A stretch of 64,000 nucleotides of DNA from Octopus sinensis (GCF_006345805.1 NC_043015.1:27156001-27220000), one strand, 5' to 3'. Positions 41,509-55,425 are shown, numbered from the stretch's first letter. Program-made: numbers and translations. The notes: generated by a model not told the origin, from the sequence alone.

Positions 41509-41546
<38 letters not shown>

Positions 41547-41548
<2 letters not shown>

Positions 41549-41833
41549 ACAATAATTAAGGGTTTAGCAACGAATTGCTTAACCACATACCGAAAAATTT
41601 AGAAATAGCAGCCAAAAGGCTGTTATTTCTTTTCGCTACAAAATATGACTCCACAGACAACCCTTTCTGTAACTCACACAGAGTTACAGAGTAAGTTACA
41701 GAGTAAGTTACAGAGAGGGTTGTCTGTAGAGTCATATTTTGTAGCGAAAAGAAATAACAGCCTTTTGGCTGCTATTTCTAAATGTTTCGGTATGTGGTTA
41801 AGCAATTCGTTGCTAAACCCTTAATTATTGTTA
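41547..41833. repeat. Foldback with ~128-bp arms
   Basis: TAACAATAATTAAGGGTTTAGC...CTGTAACT mirrored by AGTTACAG...GCTAAACCCTTAATTATTGTTA. Confidence 0.9.
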
Positions 41834-41945
41834 TAATTATATATAAAACTTCTTGTATAAGTTTTTACCGAATATGGTTCCTTTCAATACCGAAACTACT
41901 TGGTGAAATTTATTAATTATAAATTAATAATTTTCTACCTTATAT

Positions 41946-41989
<44 letters not shown>

Positions 41990-42101
41990 TATGTCAGATT
42001 TTCCGTTTGTTGTCTTCTTTTTACTTAATCCTGAAATTATTATTTATGTAACGCAAGCACTCCTTAATTTTTTACCTATGTACATATACAAATATACATA
42101 T

Positions 42102-42136
<35 letters not shown>

Positions 42137-42276
42137 TACACACAAAGAGAGATTTTGTTCTTAGAACTCAATATACAAATTCTTCAGAATGTGTGAAGTG
42201 AGTGCGGAGTGTAATATCCTTTCTAGAATGGGCACAAAGCCTGACATTTTGTGGGGAGGGGATATTCTATTACATA

Positions 42277-42428
42277 GACCGCAGTGTTCAACTGGTGCTC
42301 ATTTTATCGACCCCGAGGAGATGAAGCGCAAAATCGACCTCGGCAGAATTAGAACTCATAACATGAAGACAGACAAAATGCCGCTAAACATTTTTTTACC
42401 CGACGTGCTAACGCTTGTGCCAGTTCCC
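42277..42428 (-). mobile_element. SINE family B
   Basis: Reverse complement of the 11060-11230 consensus (ATCGACCCC...AAAATCGACCTCGGCAGAATTAGAACTC...GTGCTAACG). Confidence 0.75.
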
Positions 42429-42706
42429 CTCCTTGGTTCAGAATGTAATATAAAATTAAATAAATGAATGGGAACAGAAATTACGTAATCAGGTTAATTA
42501 ACTTAGAGTTGTTTCTGCTTGGAGATGCAGTGCACTCTGAGATGAGGAGGTTATAGGTTGATGCACAATCGTACATGTCTGAATGTACTGCATTGTGCAG
42601 CAGAAACGGCAGTTAGCTAATAAAGTTGACTGCGTAATTCACATTGACTTGTTATTTCTTTAATCTCATATATGTATTTACATATATATGTGAGCATATA
42701 TATATA

Positions 42707-43743
42707 CTAGCATTATTACCCGTCGTTGCCGGGTCATAGAGCTAGTGCATGTATATATGTGTACATATTACATGTACATCTATATATATACATCTACACA
42801 TAAAATACAAAATACAAAGTTATATCTTGATATCGCTAGTGATAACAATACTCAAAATATATAACAGACTGGAATTGTAGGCCCGTCTCTTGCAATTTCG
42901 ATCAATTGTATCTTGTCCTCCCTCTTGTAAAGAAGTGTGGCTACAATCCAGCCTACCTCAACTTCTGGGGGGGGGGGGAAAGACATTTTAAATTTTTATC
43001 CGGCATGTCCTACGTCCCAGATATAAAGGTAAAAATAAAATATTTCCACTTTCCAAGTTCGAGTCGAGTACTCCCTTGCACGCTCCGTTGACTCGTACTT
43101 TGCTTCTATTGTGGTGAATTTACCGCCTCTGGTTAGATATCTTTCATAGTCGCACCAAGACACTTTTCGATGGTACTTTCCTCCAGGTGTTCAAATCTTC
43201 TTTTTTCTCTACATTGTATACTTTATAGACAATAGTCTTTTCTTTAATTTAATTTTTTATTATCCATCTGGACTATTCCATTTCTGCACGCGAATTTTAT
43301 TTTTAATTTATTCCCATTCATGTGAAACCACTTATTCAAGTTCAAGTCATTGATGCAATTTTATACCAATTGCTATTTTTACTTTTGTTATGCTACGATT
43401 ATATTATACTTTAGTTTGATTTTAATTATTATTTGCTACATATAATTCAATTGTTATTATTATTTTTATTGTTAAAGTGAAAGTATCTGACATAAAATAG
43501 AGGAATGTTTTTGTTTCACTTTTAACACGTAATACTGAAATAATGGAGAAGATATGATATTGCTATGGGCTCGCCCTAGGCAAGAAGTTGAACATTTTTT
43601 TGCCCATGAAACTACATGGACCCTAAGTAAGGCATGTGTAAAATTTGAATGAAATTGGTTGTGTAGTTCTCAAGTTTTAGGGAAACACACAGACAGACAG
43701 ATAGATAGACACACACACATTCTCAGTTTTATATATATAGAGA
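42707..43743 (-). mobile_element. Non-autonomous Helitron N1, copy B (internally deleted)
   Basis: A|TC at 43744/43743; 3' hairpin and CTAG at 42707-42710. Confidence 0.9.
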
Positions 43744-43949
43744 TAAACATATATTATATTTACACACACAAACATATACGTATGTATGTAAGAATGTATG
43801 TGTGTATATGTATATATATGTATGTATATGTATCTTTATATAAGAACATTCAAACGTGCGCGCGTGCGTGTGTGTGTGTGTGTGTGTAAAGTCTGTTTGA
43901 AAATAACCGAACTTTAAACAAATACTAATTCATTACAATTGCTTTAGAT

Positions 43950-44990
43950 GTCTATGATAAAACAGTTCCCATCGCTGTTGCTACTGCTCTTAATGTTCCA
44001 ACGGGAATTTCAGTTTGGTAACGAAAATTATGCAAAAGCCAATTCCACAAAGTCTGAGAACTGGAGGACACGAGCCGTCTTGTACTTTGTCAAATAATCC
44101 CGAATATTGAGTGACACAAGCACAGGATTGTTGTGGCGGGGCGGGGTTAGCATGTATGCTTTGTGGCTCTTCGTTTGAGGCCTCTTCTTCGCACTGCTTC
44201 ACTGAAACACTCCAGGATATCCGAGTAAAACTCTTTAATTATCGCGTGATCGCCCGGAAAATTTTCTTTGAAAGAATGCCGTTCTTCCAGACAAAAAAAG
44301 AACTATCAATATCCTCTTCGCATTTAAACGATTCTGACGAAATCATTTCGGTTGTGTCGGTGAAGATTTACAGAAACAACTGTCCGTTCTGTTTCAACAT
44401 CATAGCCATTTTCGATTCTTTTATCACGCTCTTGATTCAATAATGTAGTAATATACCCATTTTTCCACTTCTTGTGAAAAAACATTTTTCAGCATCCTAG
44501 CCATGAGCGCACACTTCAAGTTTCGTCATGTTATGACGTTTTCAGAAAAATTGCGTCAGCGTTCAAATGACAAAACAGTTCCTAAATGACTGCGAGTCAC
44601 TTCTCTTTTACTTCATTCACCATCAGATGAGGCATACATTTAACGGCAACATGACGTACTTTAAAACTTAGAAAATTTAATGAAAAGCCAGACGACACTT
44701 TCCCGGATCACGGCAAGCACTTCCGCAATGTAATCGTCATCCACCGTCATGCAAGTTCTCGCTTTGAAATGCTGCAGCCACTCCTACCATTTCGTACAAC
44801 ATAAACTCTCTTCGAATGCAAATTCCAAAGCTGGTAAATAATCTCAGCATAAAAGCTTTTCCAAATTTCACTCTCGTAGAGATTTTGCAACATTTGCAAC
44901 TCTGAACTCTTCCATATTCTCTTCTCTAAGGATCCCCTTGTAAACACACTTATAGAGAAATCGTACAAATGTAAACACTGGCAGAAATAT
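43950..44990 (-). pseudogene. Decayed mariner transposase
   Basis: EWLQHFK..TVDDDYIAEVLAVIR (HTH region), EKWVYY, KEFYSDILECFSEAVRRR, HANPAP and TKLKFPL are collinear with the mariner consensus; frameshifted. Confidence 0.6.
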
Positions 44991-45554
44991 ACATTTTACG
45001 CATATAAATGATTTCGATAGTCATTATAGTTTGAACAATTAGTTTATCGTGTACTTCACTTCAATAGAGAAATCCTTTCCTAAGCCTTTGAACATTCTTT
45101 TAATCAACGTACCCCTCCCTCTCTATTTGTTCCCTATTTATTATTCCTTTAACCCTTCTCTTCCTACTATCTAACTTTGACGTCAATTCTACTAACGGTT
45201 TTATAAAAACACTTATTAGCGTTTTGTTTATCATGTAGGCAGTCATCGTAATTATTATATTGTCTTGTTGAGAGAGGCTCCCTTTCTTTCCTGATGAGAA
45301 GATTGCATCTTACACCGTTTATTCCTTTGGAATAAAACCATGTTGTCTTCGAAACATATATCGAAAGTAAAGGAATTTTGTTAACATCTTCGTTCAACTC
45401 CATTTATTTATTTATTCATATATAACACACACATTTCTGCACATGAACCCGGAGTTTCTACCTTTGGATAGGTCGCTTCAACCGTGTTTCTGACGTGAAT
45501 TTTCTACCCTGGTATCGGTTCATCGAATTTTCCATGTTGACGGTAAACATATTT

Positions 45555-45769
45555 TTTAGGGAATCGTAGACGAGAAGATATGATATTGCTATGGGCTCGC
45601 TCTAGGCAAGAATTTGAACATTTTTTTGCCCATGAAACTACATGGACCCTAAGTAAGGCATGTGTAAAAGTTGAGTGAAATTGGTTGTGTAGTTCTCAAG
45701 TTTTAGGGAAACACACAGACAGACAGATAGACAGACAGACACACATTCTCAGTTTTATACATATAGAGA
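45555..45769 (-). mobile_element. Helitron N1 5' fragment (copy C)
   Basis: Matches 43546-43743. Confidence 0.85.
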
Positions 45770-46153
45770 TAAACATATATTATATTTACACACACACAAA
45801 CATATACGTATGTATGTAAGAATGTATGTGTGTATATATATATATATATGTATGTATATGTATCTTTATATAAGAACATTCAAACGTGCGCGTGTGTGTG
45901 TGTGTGTGTGTGTGTGTAAAGTCTGTTTGAAAATAACCGAACTTTAAACAAATACTAATTCATTACAATTGCTTTAGATGTCTATGATAAAACAGTTCCC
46001 ATCGCTGTTGCTACTGCTCTTAATGTTCCAACGGGAATTTCAGTTTGGTAACGAAAATTATGCAAAAGCCAATTCCACAAAGTCTGAGAACTGGAGGACA
46101 CGAGCCGTCTTGTACTTTGTCAAATAATCCCGAATATTGAGTGACACAAGCAC

Positions 46154-46380
46154 TAGACTTAACATAATTCATTCGGAGTCTGGATAGATTCCTTCAAGGA
46201 ATACCAGATAAGCCACCCATAATTGGATACAACTCACCCAACAAAAACTCACTATTTGAATGGAGCATAAACAAAACTTGACTTAAACAGGATTCAAATA
46301 ATCCTATCAGGTGGTGCTATTAAGTTAGACATGACCTGGACCAATCTTTGGTCGAAACATATCTAAGTTTATCTAAGTTT
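46154..46380 (+). mobile_element. Short 3' fragment of the same CR1/L2-type LINE as 10640-12875
   Basis: CGGAGTCTGGATAGATT..GGAATACCAGATAAGCCACCC..GGTCGAAACATATC matches the reverse complement of 10650-10845; tail (ATCTAAGTTT)2. Confidence 0.85.
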
Positions 46381-46820
46381 ATATATATAGAGAAAAAAAA
46401 GGGATTAAAAAATTCAGTCAGATATCAATGAAGCACTCAGACACCAGTAAATGGAAATAGAATGCACATCCAAGGTAAATCGTCATGTATGCCAAGTAGA
46501 TTCAAACATCACGTCGCAGTTTGAGAAATTCAGAGTATTTGGCAACAACAAAAACATAGAGAAATCACATCTTTATGGTAGAATTCACCTTTTAAATCCG
46601 ACAATTGTTTCTATTGTATTAATATATTTAGATATAGAATGTATCATTGAAATTAATATTTCCGAAAATACATATTAAGACGACATTTTTGAGACGATCC
46701 AAAATTTATGAAATTCAAAGTGAAGAAATTAAATATTTCCAGTACACGAACATCCAGGAAAAGAACACTAACAAGGAATACAATCTAAGACATTTCTATA
46801 TTCGACGTATGGTGTATATC

Positions 46821-46852
<32 letters not shown>

Positions 46853-47332
46853 TGTGTGTTAGCGTGGATGTGTATACATGTATGACTAAGAAACTTTAGA
46901 CCTTAGTGACTTACTCGGAAGCCTCAAGATGTAGATTCAAAGACGGTTGCTCAGTCGTTGATGAAATCTCAGCCCAGGTCTACAACCAGTCGCGGTGATC
47001 ACGTGTTTTTTTGACATCGGGATACTATACAGAAAGACAAGATTTTCACAACTATTTACACCCTCTGTTAGTTATAATCAATAGATATAAATAGCTACAA
47101 TCTTTATATGAGTGTGTGTTTATGTGTTTTCCTGTTGTGTATAGATATATGGATATCTATATATATATATATATATATATTATAAACATATACACGCACA
47201 AATAAATATACACGTGTGTGTTCGTGTGTATGTGTTTGTGTGCATGTATGTGTGTGAGTATATGCATATATACATACCTGTGTGTGTGTAAGTATTTGTG
47301 TGTGGAGAATCACATGCACACACACACACACA

Positions 47333-47372
<40 letters not shown>

Positions 47373-47745
47373 ATGCAAGACAGGAAAGGAACGCTGACGC
47401 AGAGAAGGTTTTCCTTTCATATTTCAGTGCTGCTCCATTTCTTCTGACACTCATCTGTGAAGAGTGAAAGTGAAAGTCAAGAGAACGCTAAGAACGGAAG
47501 TTAGTGAATGTGAGGGGACGAGTAAGGCTTTGTAGAAGTGGGGAGGAGGAGGGAAGAAGCCGCGTGTTTCAATGGAATGTGGAGGAGTAAAATTGAAAGA
47601 AATGATCTGTCAACATCCATTTCCATGTCTATTAACGGTGGTGATATACTGCAGCTAAAACACACCATGATGAGATGGAGTTTTGAAAAAATCATTTCGG
47701 TCAGCGGCTACGAATATATATATATATATTCTTTTATTCTTTTAT

Positions 47746-48021
47746 TTGTTTCAGTCATTTGAGTGCGGCCATGCTGGATCACCGCATTTAGTCAAACAAA
47801 TCGACCCCAGGACTTATTTTTTGTAAGCCTAGTACTTATTATATCGGTCACTTTTACCGAACCGATAAGTTACGGGGACGTAAACACACCAACATCGGTT
47901 GTCAAGCGATGGTGGGGTGACAAACACAGACACACAAGTATATATATATATGTGTAAATACATATATATATGCGACGGGCTTCCTTCAGTTTCCGTCTAC
48001 CAAATCCATTCATAAGGCTTT
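47746..48021 (-). mobile_element. SINE family A, 5'-truncated
   Basis: Matches 2272-2550. Confidence 0.8.
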
Positions 48022-48533
48022 GACGGGTACATCTTCAGAATGTTATGGATAATTTAAGAGTTAATTATACAGAAAAATTTGAAGATGTATCAGTTTTCGT
48101 ATTTTTTATAATTATTTGGGATTTACACTCCCGAAGATATTCATCATTCAACGAAGTGAACCCGAATTTAACGATCAGACGAATTACAATAGAATTACTC
48201 ACACTAAGCGATCCTTGTTGCTTCTTATAATTTGATGTCTTTAGCCGTAACTTGGAATATGCTTGAGAGCTATTATGGTGCCTGCCTGGAATAATTTATC
48301 CTTATATACGCATTTGTGTGTGTATATATATATATATCTCGTTACTGATATACGGTTATACCAACATCAAACCACGACACCAGGTGACCTTCCTCGACCA
48401 ATCGCAGTCCACTTTTTTCATTCAAGTTCAAATTGGCTAAAGATTAGCATCATACTTGAAACTCTCGGAGTGCCAACGAATTTGAATCAAACTGCTTTGA
48501 GCCACATGTACACACATACACACAAACATATAA

Positions 48534-48916
48534 TTTTATACAAAATTAAGGATAAAACCACTTTAATGAGTTTATCAACTGGCCAGCGTGAAATAAAAGC
48601 CTGGTAGATAACGATTTATATTAATTTGTAATTATGTAATATAATTATATTAAAAGACGTGGATAAATCCCACCAACACACAAGGAATATACGCCAAATG
48701 GCTTTAAAAACCCACATCTATACTCTGATAATACAGGTTGTTTTAGAGCCATTTGGGGTCTATTCCTAGTGTGTTGGTGGGTTTTATCAGCACCCTTTAA
48801 TATAATTTTATTATATGATTTTAAATTAACATAAATTGTTACCTACAAGGTCTTTATTTCACGCTGGCCACTTGATAAAGTCATTAAAGTGGTTTTATCC
48901 TTAATTTTGTATAAAA
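48534..48916. repeat. Diverged foldback (~170-bp arms) with a third arm copy at ~49190-49320
   Basis: TTTTATACAAAATTAAGGATAAAACCACTTTAATG mirrored by CATTAAAGTGGTTTTATCCTTAATTTTGTATAAAA. Confidence 0.8.
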
Positions 48917-49391
48917 TATATAATTTTTGCTTCTGAGCATTTTGCATCCCCTGCGAAATTATTTTGATACTAAAAGCACGTGGTTGAGATGAGAAAAAAT
49001 TAGATTTTTACTTGTGTAAATTGTATGTATATAGTCGTGCGGAAATGTTCTTCGTGTGGATATATATAGATATTTGCTTCTATAGACTTTGGCATAGCTT
49101 TTATAACCCTAAACCAGAAATCGTTCTACAATTAACCCTCATTTTTCAAAAAAATCTTATTCATTTATTTTCATTTACCTGATTACAGCCTGTGCTAACG
49201 GAGTATAGATGTGTTTTTTTAGAGCCATTTGCTGTCTATTTCTAGCGTGTTGGTGTGATTTATCTGCACCTTTTAATATAATTATATTATATAGTTATAA
49301 ATATATTAAATAGTTATACCTATTTGTTGTTTATACACATTTCATTTGTTTTTCTCTTTTTCGTCTTTTGTTTTTCTGTAAATTTCAACTG

Positions 49392-51090
49392 TCTCTATAT
49401 ATATAAAACTAAGAATGTGTGTCTGTCTGTCTGTCTGTATGTGTGTTTCCCTAAAACTTGAGAACTACACAACCAATTTCATTCAAATTTTACACATGCC
49501 CTACTTAGGGTCCGGGGAGTGTCATCGGCAAAAAAAATGTTTACCTTTTTGCCTAGGGTGAGCCTACAGCAATATCATATCTTCTCGTCTACGATTCCCT
49601 AAAACTTGAAAACTACACAACCAGTTTCATTCAAATTTTACACATGCCTTACTTAGGGTTCATGTAGTTTCAAGGGCAAAAAAAATGTTCAACTTCTTGC
49701 CTAGAGCGAGCCCATAGCAATATCATATCTTCTCCACTATATCAGTATTACGTGACAAAAGTGAAACAAAAGCATTACTCTATTTTATGTCAGATGCTTT
49801 TACTTTAACAATAAAAATAATAATAACAATTGAATTATACGTAGTAAGTAATAATTAAAATCAAACTAAAGTATAATATAATCGTAGCATAACAAAAGTA
49901 AAAATAGCAATTGGTATAAAATTGCATCAATGACTTGAACTTGAATAAGTGGTTTCACATGAATGGGAATAAATTAAAAATAAAATTAGCGTGCAGAAAT
50001 GGAATAGTCCAGATGGAGCTGTGCTTTTACATTAGATTATCTGCTAATTAGCTAGCATTAAGTATCTATATGAAGTTTGGTTGTATGTAATATCTGTTTT
50101 CTCGAACAGCCGCTCCTATAGAATACTGCTGTTGGTTTATTTCTTATACATAAAGACTATAGCTTCAACTGCTTACTGCTTTCTGGCTCATCGTAAGGTT
50201 TGTTGTTATTATTATTACTGTTTAACTATTGTTATCACGTTTGTTGGTTCCTCGTAAAGGAAACGTTGTTGTGTTGCATTTGTTAAAAAATTGTAAACTG
50301 TAACCGTCCCCCTTTGGGAGAAGGAGCTTTGGTTATTGTTTAAAAATTGAAATATGTCCCTGTTTGGGGAAATTGTCAATATTTTCACAGTTTACACGGA
50401 AGCATTTTTGCTAGAATGCCTTCGATAGAAGAACGTCCAAAAATGAATTTCGCTGCAGCCATCGGCGGGCGCGAACTCATTGAAATTAAAATAGAAGAAA
50501 TATGGATTGATCACTGACAAATACGGTGAATCTAGGATAACACCACGAAACGAAATAAAAAATTAAATTAAAGACAAGACTATTGTCTATAAAGTATACA
50601 ATATAGAGAAAAAAAAAGATTTGAACACCTGGAGGAAAGCACCATCGAAACGTGTCTTGGTGCGACTATGAAAGATATCTAACCAGAGGCGGTAAATTCG
50701 CCACAATAGAAGCAAGTTCGAGTCAACGGAGCGTGCAAGGAAGTACTCGACTCGAACCTTGCAAAGTGGAAATATTCTATTTTTACCTTTATCTCTGTGA
50801 CGTCCCGGATAAAAATTTAAAATGTCCCCCCTGAAGTAGAGGTAGGCTGGATTGTAGCCACACTTCTATACAAGAGGGAGGACAAGATCCAATTGATCGA
50901 AATTGCAAGAGACGAGCCTACAATTCCAGTCTGTTATATATTTTGAGTATTGTTATCACTAGCGATATCAATATATAACTTTGTATTTTGTATTTTATGT
51001 GTAGATGTATATATATAGAAGTACATGTAACATATACACATATATACATGCACTAGCACTATGATCCGGCAACGACGGGTCATAATGCTA

Positions 51091-51091
<1 letters not shown>
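49392..51091 (+). mobile_element. Non-autonomous Helitron N1, copy D
   Basis: TCTCTATATATATAAAACT start; ATGATCCGGCAACGACGGGTCAT hairpin; CTAG|T at 51088-51092. Confidence 0.9.
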
Positions 51092-51142
<51 letters not shown>

Positions 51143-51616
51143 CTAATAGGTTAGAGATGGGTGTTCTCTATATAGAGTACACTTTGAAGTGCTCAAGATA
51201 TTTGAACTTGAGCCGGTAGATGAGTAAATGTAATGAGGTAATGAGAAGTAAGTAAGGCAAGTCGATTTACACAGAATATTAAATATATTTAATAGAAAAT
51301 ATGTACATGTGAATGGATATAAAATAATCCGATTCACAGAATATAATTGATATCAAGTGTTGAATGGGTGGAGCTTTACGAGTCCAACAGCTGTTTGGTG
51401 GGGGACTTGGTGGTCCGAAATAATGATAGTTACTTGGATCCATTATTGGATAACACCACACCCGTCTTCAGGGGAGAATTTTGCATTGGAGAATTTTACG
51501 TTTGAGGTGTTGACAAGATGGAGTTTATATATATATATATATATATAATATATATATATATTATATATATATATACAAGATGGAGTTTATATATATATAT
51601 ATATATGATATTTTCC

Positions 51617-51827
51617 TTGTCTCAGCCAGTTGACTGCGGCCATGCTGGGGCACCTCTTTTGCCGAACAAAACTCTAGTACTTATTATTTTGTAAGGCTCG
51701 GTACTTATCCCATCGGTCACTTTGCCGAACTGCAAAGTTACGCGACGTAAACCACTAACCACTGGCTGTTAAGTGGTTATGGAAAAAAGCTCATATACAA
51801 AAACACTGACACACACGCACATATTTA

Positions 51828-51898
<71 letters not shown>

Positions 51899-52012
51899 GA
51901 CAGGCTTCTTTCGGTTTCTGTCTACCGAATTCACTCTGTAGGCTTTGGTCATTTCGAGGCTATAGCAGCAGACGCTTCTCACTGGTACTGGACCCAGAAC
52001 CATGTGGCTGAG
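51617..52012 (-). mobile_element. SINE family A with expanded internal (TA)n
   Basis: Both halves match 2262-2640. Confidence 0.7.
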
Positions 52013-52981
52013 CATATATACCTTACGGTTTAAAATGCCTTCTTTGTAAAATATTTGAGGTATCCTCACAGAGAAAAATAAAGTGATTGTGCTGACATGT
52101 GTCACGGTTGGTTGAGCACTTTTAAGAGGAAATATGCCCGTCACACTTCTCACGAAGAGAACGTAAGAGCCATCGCTATCTAAATCTAACACTAACTCAC
52201 ATAATCACTGAATTAGACTAATTTGCATACCATACAATAGTTTGCAGCTTGACCAAATTATTAATTAATACTTTATGCACAAACAGCCTGTATAAGAAAA
52301 TCTAATATAAATTTAACGTAATAATTACATTCTACAAGAACCATTGCAGCTAGTTAAAACTGTTAAAATTCAATTTAATTTATTTTATGAGTTGCCAAAA
52401 CTTCCGTCTTTCACCATCATATAGTCGCGCGATGAAAACCGTGATATTCGTGAATTACATTAAAATTTAAATGAAATTTAACTTTGTGTAAAATGGGTTT
52501 TTCACAATGTATTTGATTGAGTTTCACTTGATAAACGGCAACTCCAAAAACTGAATGGAGTCTATTCATTTCAGTTAGTACCTGGTTTGTGTTAGATTTA
52601 AATAGTAATTACTATCATGTTCTCAACATGAGAAGAAGAGAGAGTACAGAACCTCTAAAGAGTAACCAAGCAGCCATGAAACATGTCAGAATAATTTGGT
52701 TATTGCTCTGTTTGCCAAGAGAATTAGACACTATGTTTACATTCGTTTACTTTCCTCAGTGAAAGCAGTATAGACTATATACTAACTCCCTATGTTTGTG
52801 TACACAAAAAGCTCTAAAATATGTTTACGGTCAAGGCGTCATAATCTGTAAGCTCACAACATTAGCTAAATTTATCTTAGAACTTCTAGGACACGCTGTT
52901 AGTGCAAAAAACTTTAAAGATGTGTTTGTATGCGCGCGTGTGTGTGTATGTGTGTGTGTGCGTGTGTGTGTGTGCGTGTGT

Positions 52982-53027
<46 letters not shown>

Positions 53028-53592
53028 GTGTAGTTGAATAACGTTTAGTGATAAAGAAATATTAATGGATAACGATGTGAGCACGGTTTGGATAATAGGG
53101 AAGTCTAAGTTAGAGTGGTATAGCTAAAAATAAAATATGTCAAGCAATATAGAAGCTATAAGAGTATGATACACATGTATATATGAAAATGTATTCTGAT
53201 ATATGCGAAAGAGTAAAAATTATACTTTTGACATGGCTCTTGCGTTCGTTTAGAGAATAACGATTCGAGGGAAACATATTACAGCAGAGACATGTGTCTT
53301 TAGGTATCTTTACAGGAAGTGATAAATCCGGTAAAAAGATATTCCAATTTTTGTGACCGTTTTACATATACATTTAAAGGCAGATAGTTACGGAGAAATA
53401 ACTTTTCATAGCATTCATTCAATCCGCTATTATTTCGAAATAATTATAGCAATTTTTTTTACTTAAACACAATTCGCAGCACAGATTTGAACGTAAACTG
53501 TTGCATACATACATACGACATTCCATCCATCCATCCATCTATCCATCTATACATACATACATACATACTACATACATACATACATACATACA

Positions 53593-53623
<31 letters not shown>

Positions 53624-55387
53624 GTGTGTCGGGGGTGTATATATGCACGCTCACACACGCTTGTAAGAATTTTTAGTGTTATATCAGAGGTTATATTTCT
53701 GCGAAGCTGAATAGAAGTGGGGTGCAAACAGCTGTCATGTAACTGTCCTCTAGACGCTAACTGTCTGGCAAAATCGATGTATACAGCGCTAAGATTGAAT
53801 CAAACAGCAGAGACGAACTCAAACGGAACTCACATTCAAAAGGCACTATTACTAGCACAAATATTCATTTGTCAGCCCCGATAAAAAATCGCTACGGCTT
53901 TGTTGAAGTTTATATGGCGCTTGCGTAAGACAAGTTTTCGTGAATTCCAGATTATCTAGTCTATTGTAGAAAGTGCTCAACCATACAGGATGGGATCTTC
54001 AAATCAGAATGCGATGTGACCTTTGAGCGAAAAGTTGAGAATTTTTACTAAGTTTGAAAACAGAGCTGAACTGTTAGTGCCTCGTATGCAAGCGACTAAG
54101 TATAACTTATGTAAATACAAACCTCTTGAATTTTGTTCTGTTTCTAAAATAACATTGATTTCGAAATGGTTACTTAATGTTTTATTGATGTATGTTTTAA
54201 TTTATGAGGGTCTATGTGTTGGTATGTGTATATGTGTGCAGACATAAATATTTCTGTGTATATATGTGTGTATCAGTGTGCATATGTGTATATGTATGCG
54301 TCGGCAGGGGCGCATGTAAAATGAATGCATACACGTTCATTGTCTTTAAAAACATTTATTAAATGTATTAAATAAAAATATTATTTTAAACCATTGCTTA
54401 AACGGCAACGCAATTTCATGACTTCGCTCGAATGAAATTTAAGACTTTTATAATAATATGATCACGAGAACTAGAAATGAAATCAAAGGCGTGAGCTTGA
54501 AGCAGCCATATTTGCACCTGTCCTTCACGTAGGTTTCTTAAAAGAAAGAACATTAAGACAAAAATTTACCAAAAGATGATCTAAAGCGAGCAACTCTGAG
54601 TGCTGGAAATCGGAGAGTTTCGGTCATAATTATATTAAAGAATTCTGTTAAGGAATACTTTGCATTTGTATTGAGTTCTGTGATTTATTGCTTCCGGTGA
54701 ATCAACAGATATTTATACATACACACTCATACTTACGTACACACACATAAGCATACATACACACACGCACATACATGCATACATATATGTGTGTATGTTT
54801 GTATTATGTATCTATATCTATCCTAAGTGTGTGTGGGTGCGCGGATGCATATGTGCACGCATGGATAGATGCATGGTTGGATGGATGGATGGATAGATGG
54901 ATGGATGGAAGGTAGAACGACTAGTATATTTGCAACGCTACAGACAGTGTTCTTTTTAGAAATCAAATGAGCCTCTGTCTGCAAAACATTGAGAAGACGA
55001 GTCCTAGGAAGTCTTGATGTGTTAATAAACTACACATAAACGATTGAAGTTCTATGGAAAATCTTTAATAAAATCTTGTTCTCAGCATAAATGCGTAGAA
55101 TTACACTCGCACGCACTTGCACACACACACACACACACATCAACACAGACACACACACACACTTACACGCACACATACACACACATACATAACATACACA
55201 CGTACGTATGTATGTATATATATATACATAGATGCATAGAGATGTCTGTATGTATATACCGATATATAAATATATATACATGTGTATATATATGCATGTA
55301 AGCGTGTTTGTACGAATATGTGTATAAATTTATGTACGCATGTAGAAAATTAAATATAGCTATACGCTTATAGAGGCGCGCGCGCGT

Positions 55388-55425
<38 letters not shown>

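Larger units (their letters stand above)
39630..41513. repeat. P3 unit 2: tandem duplicate of unit 1 (period 1908-1910 bp)
   Basis: Same arms, spacer and tail ATCCCACTCGTGCGATACCCCACAACTCAACTTTT. Confidence 0.95.
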
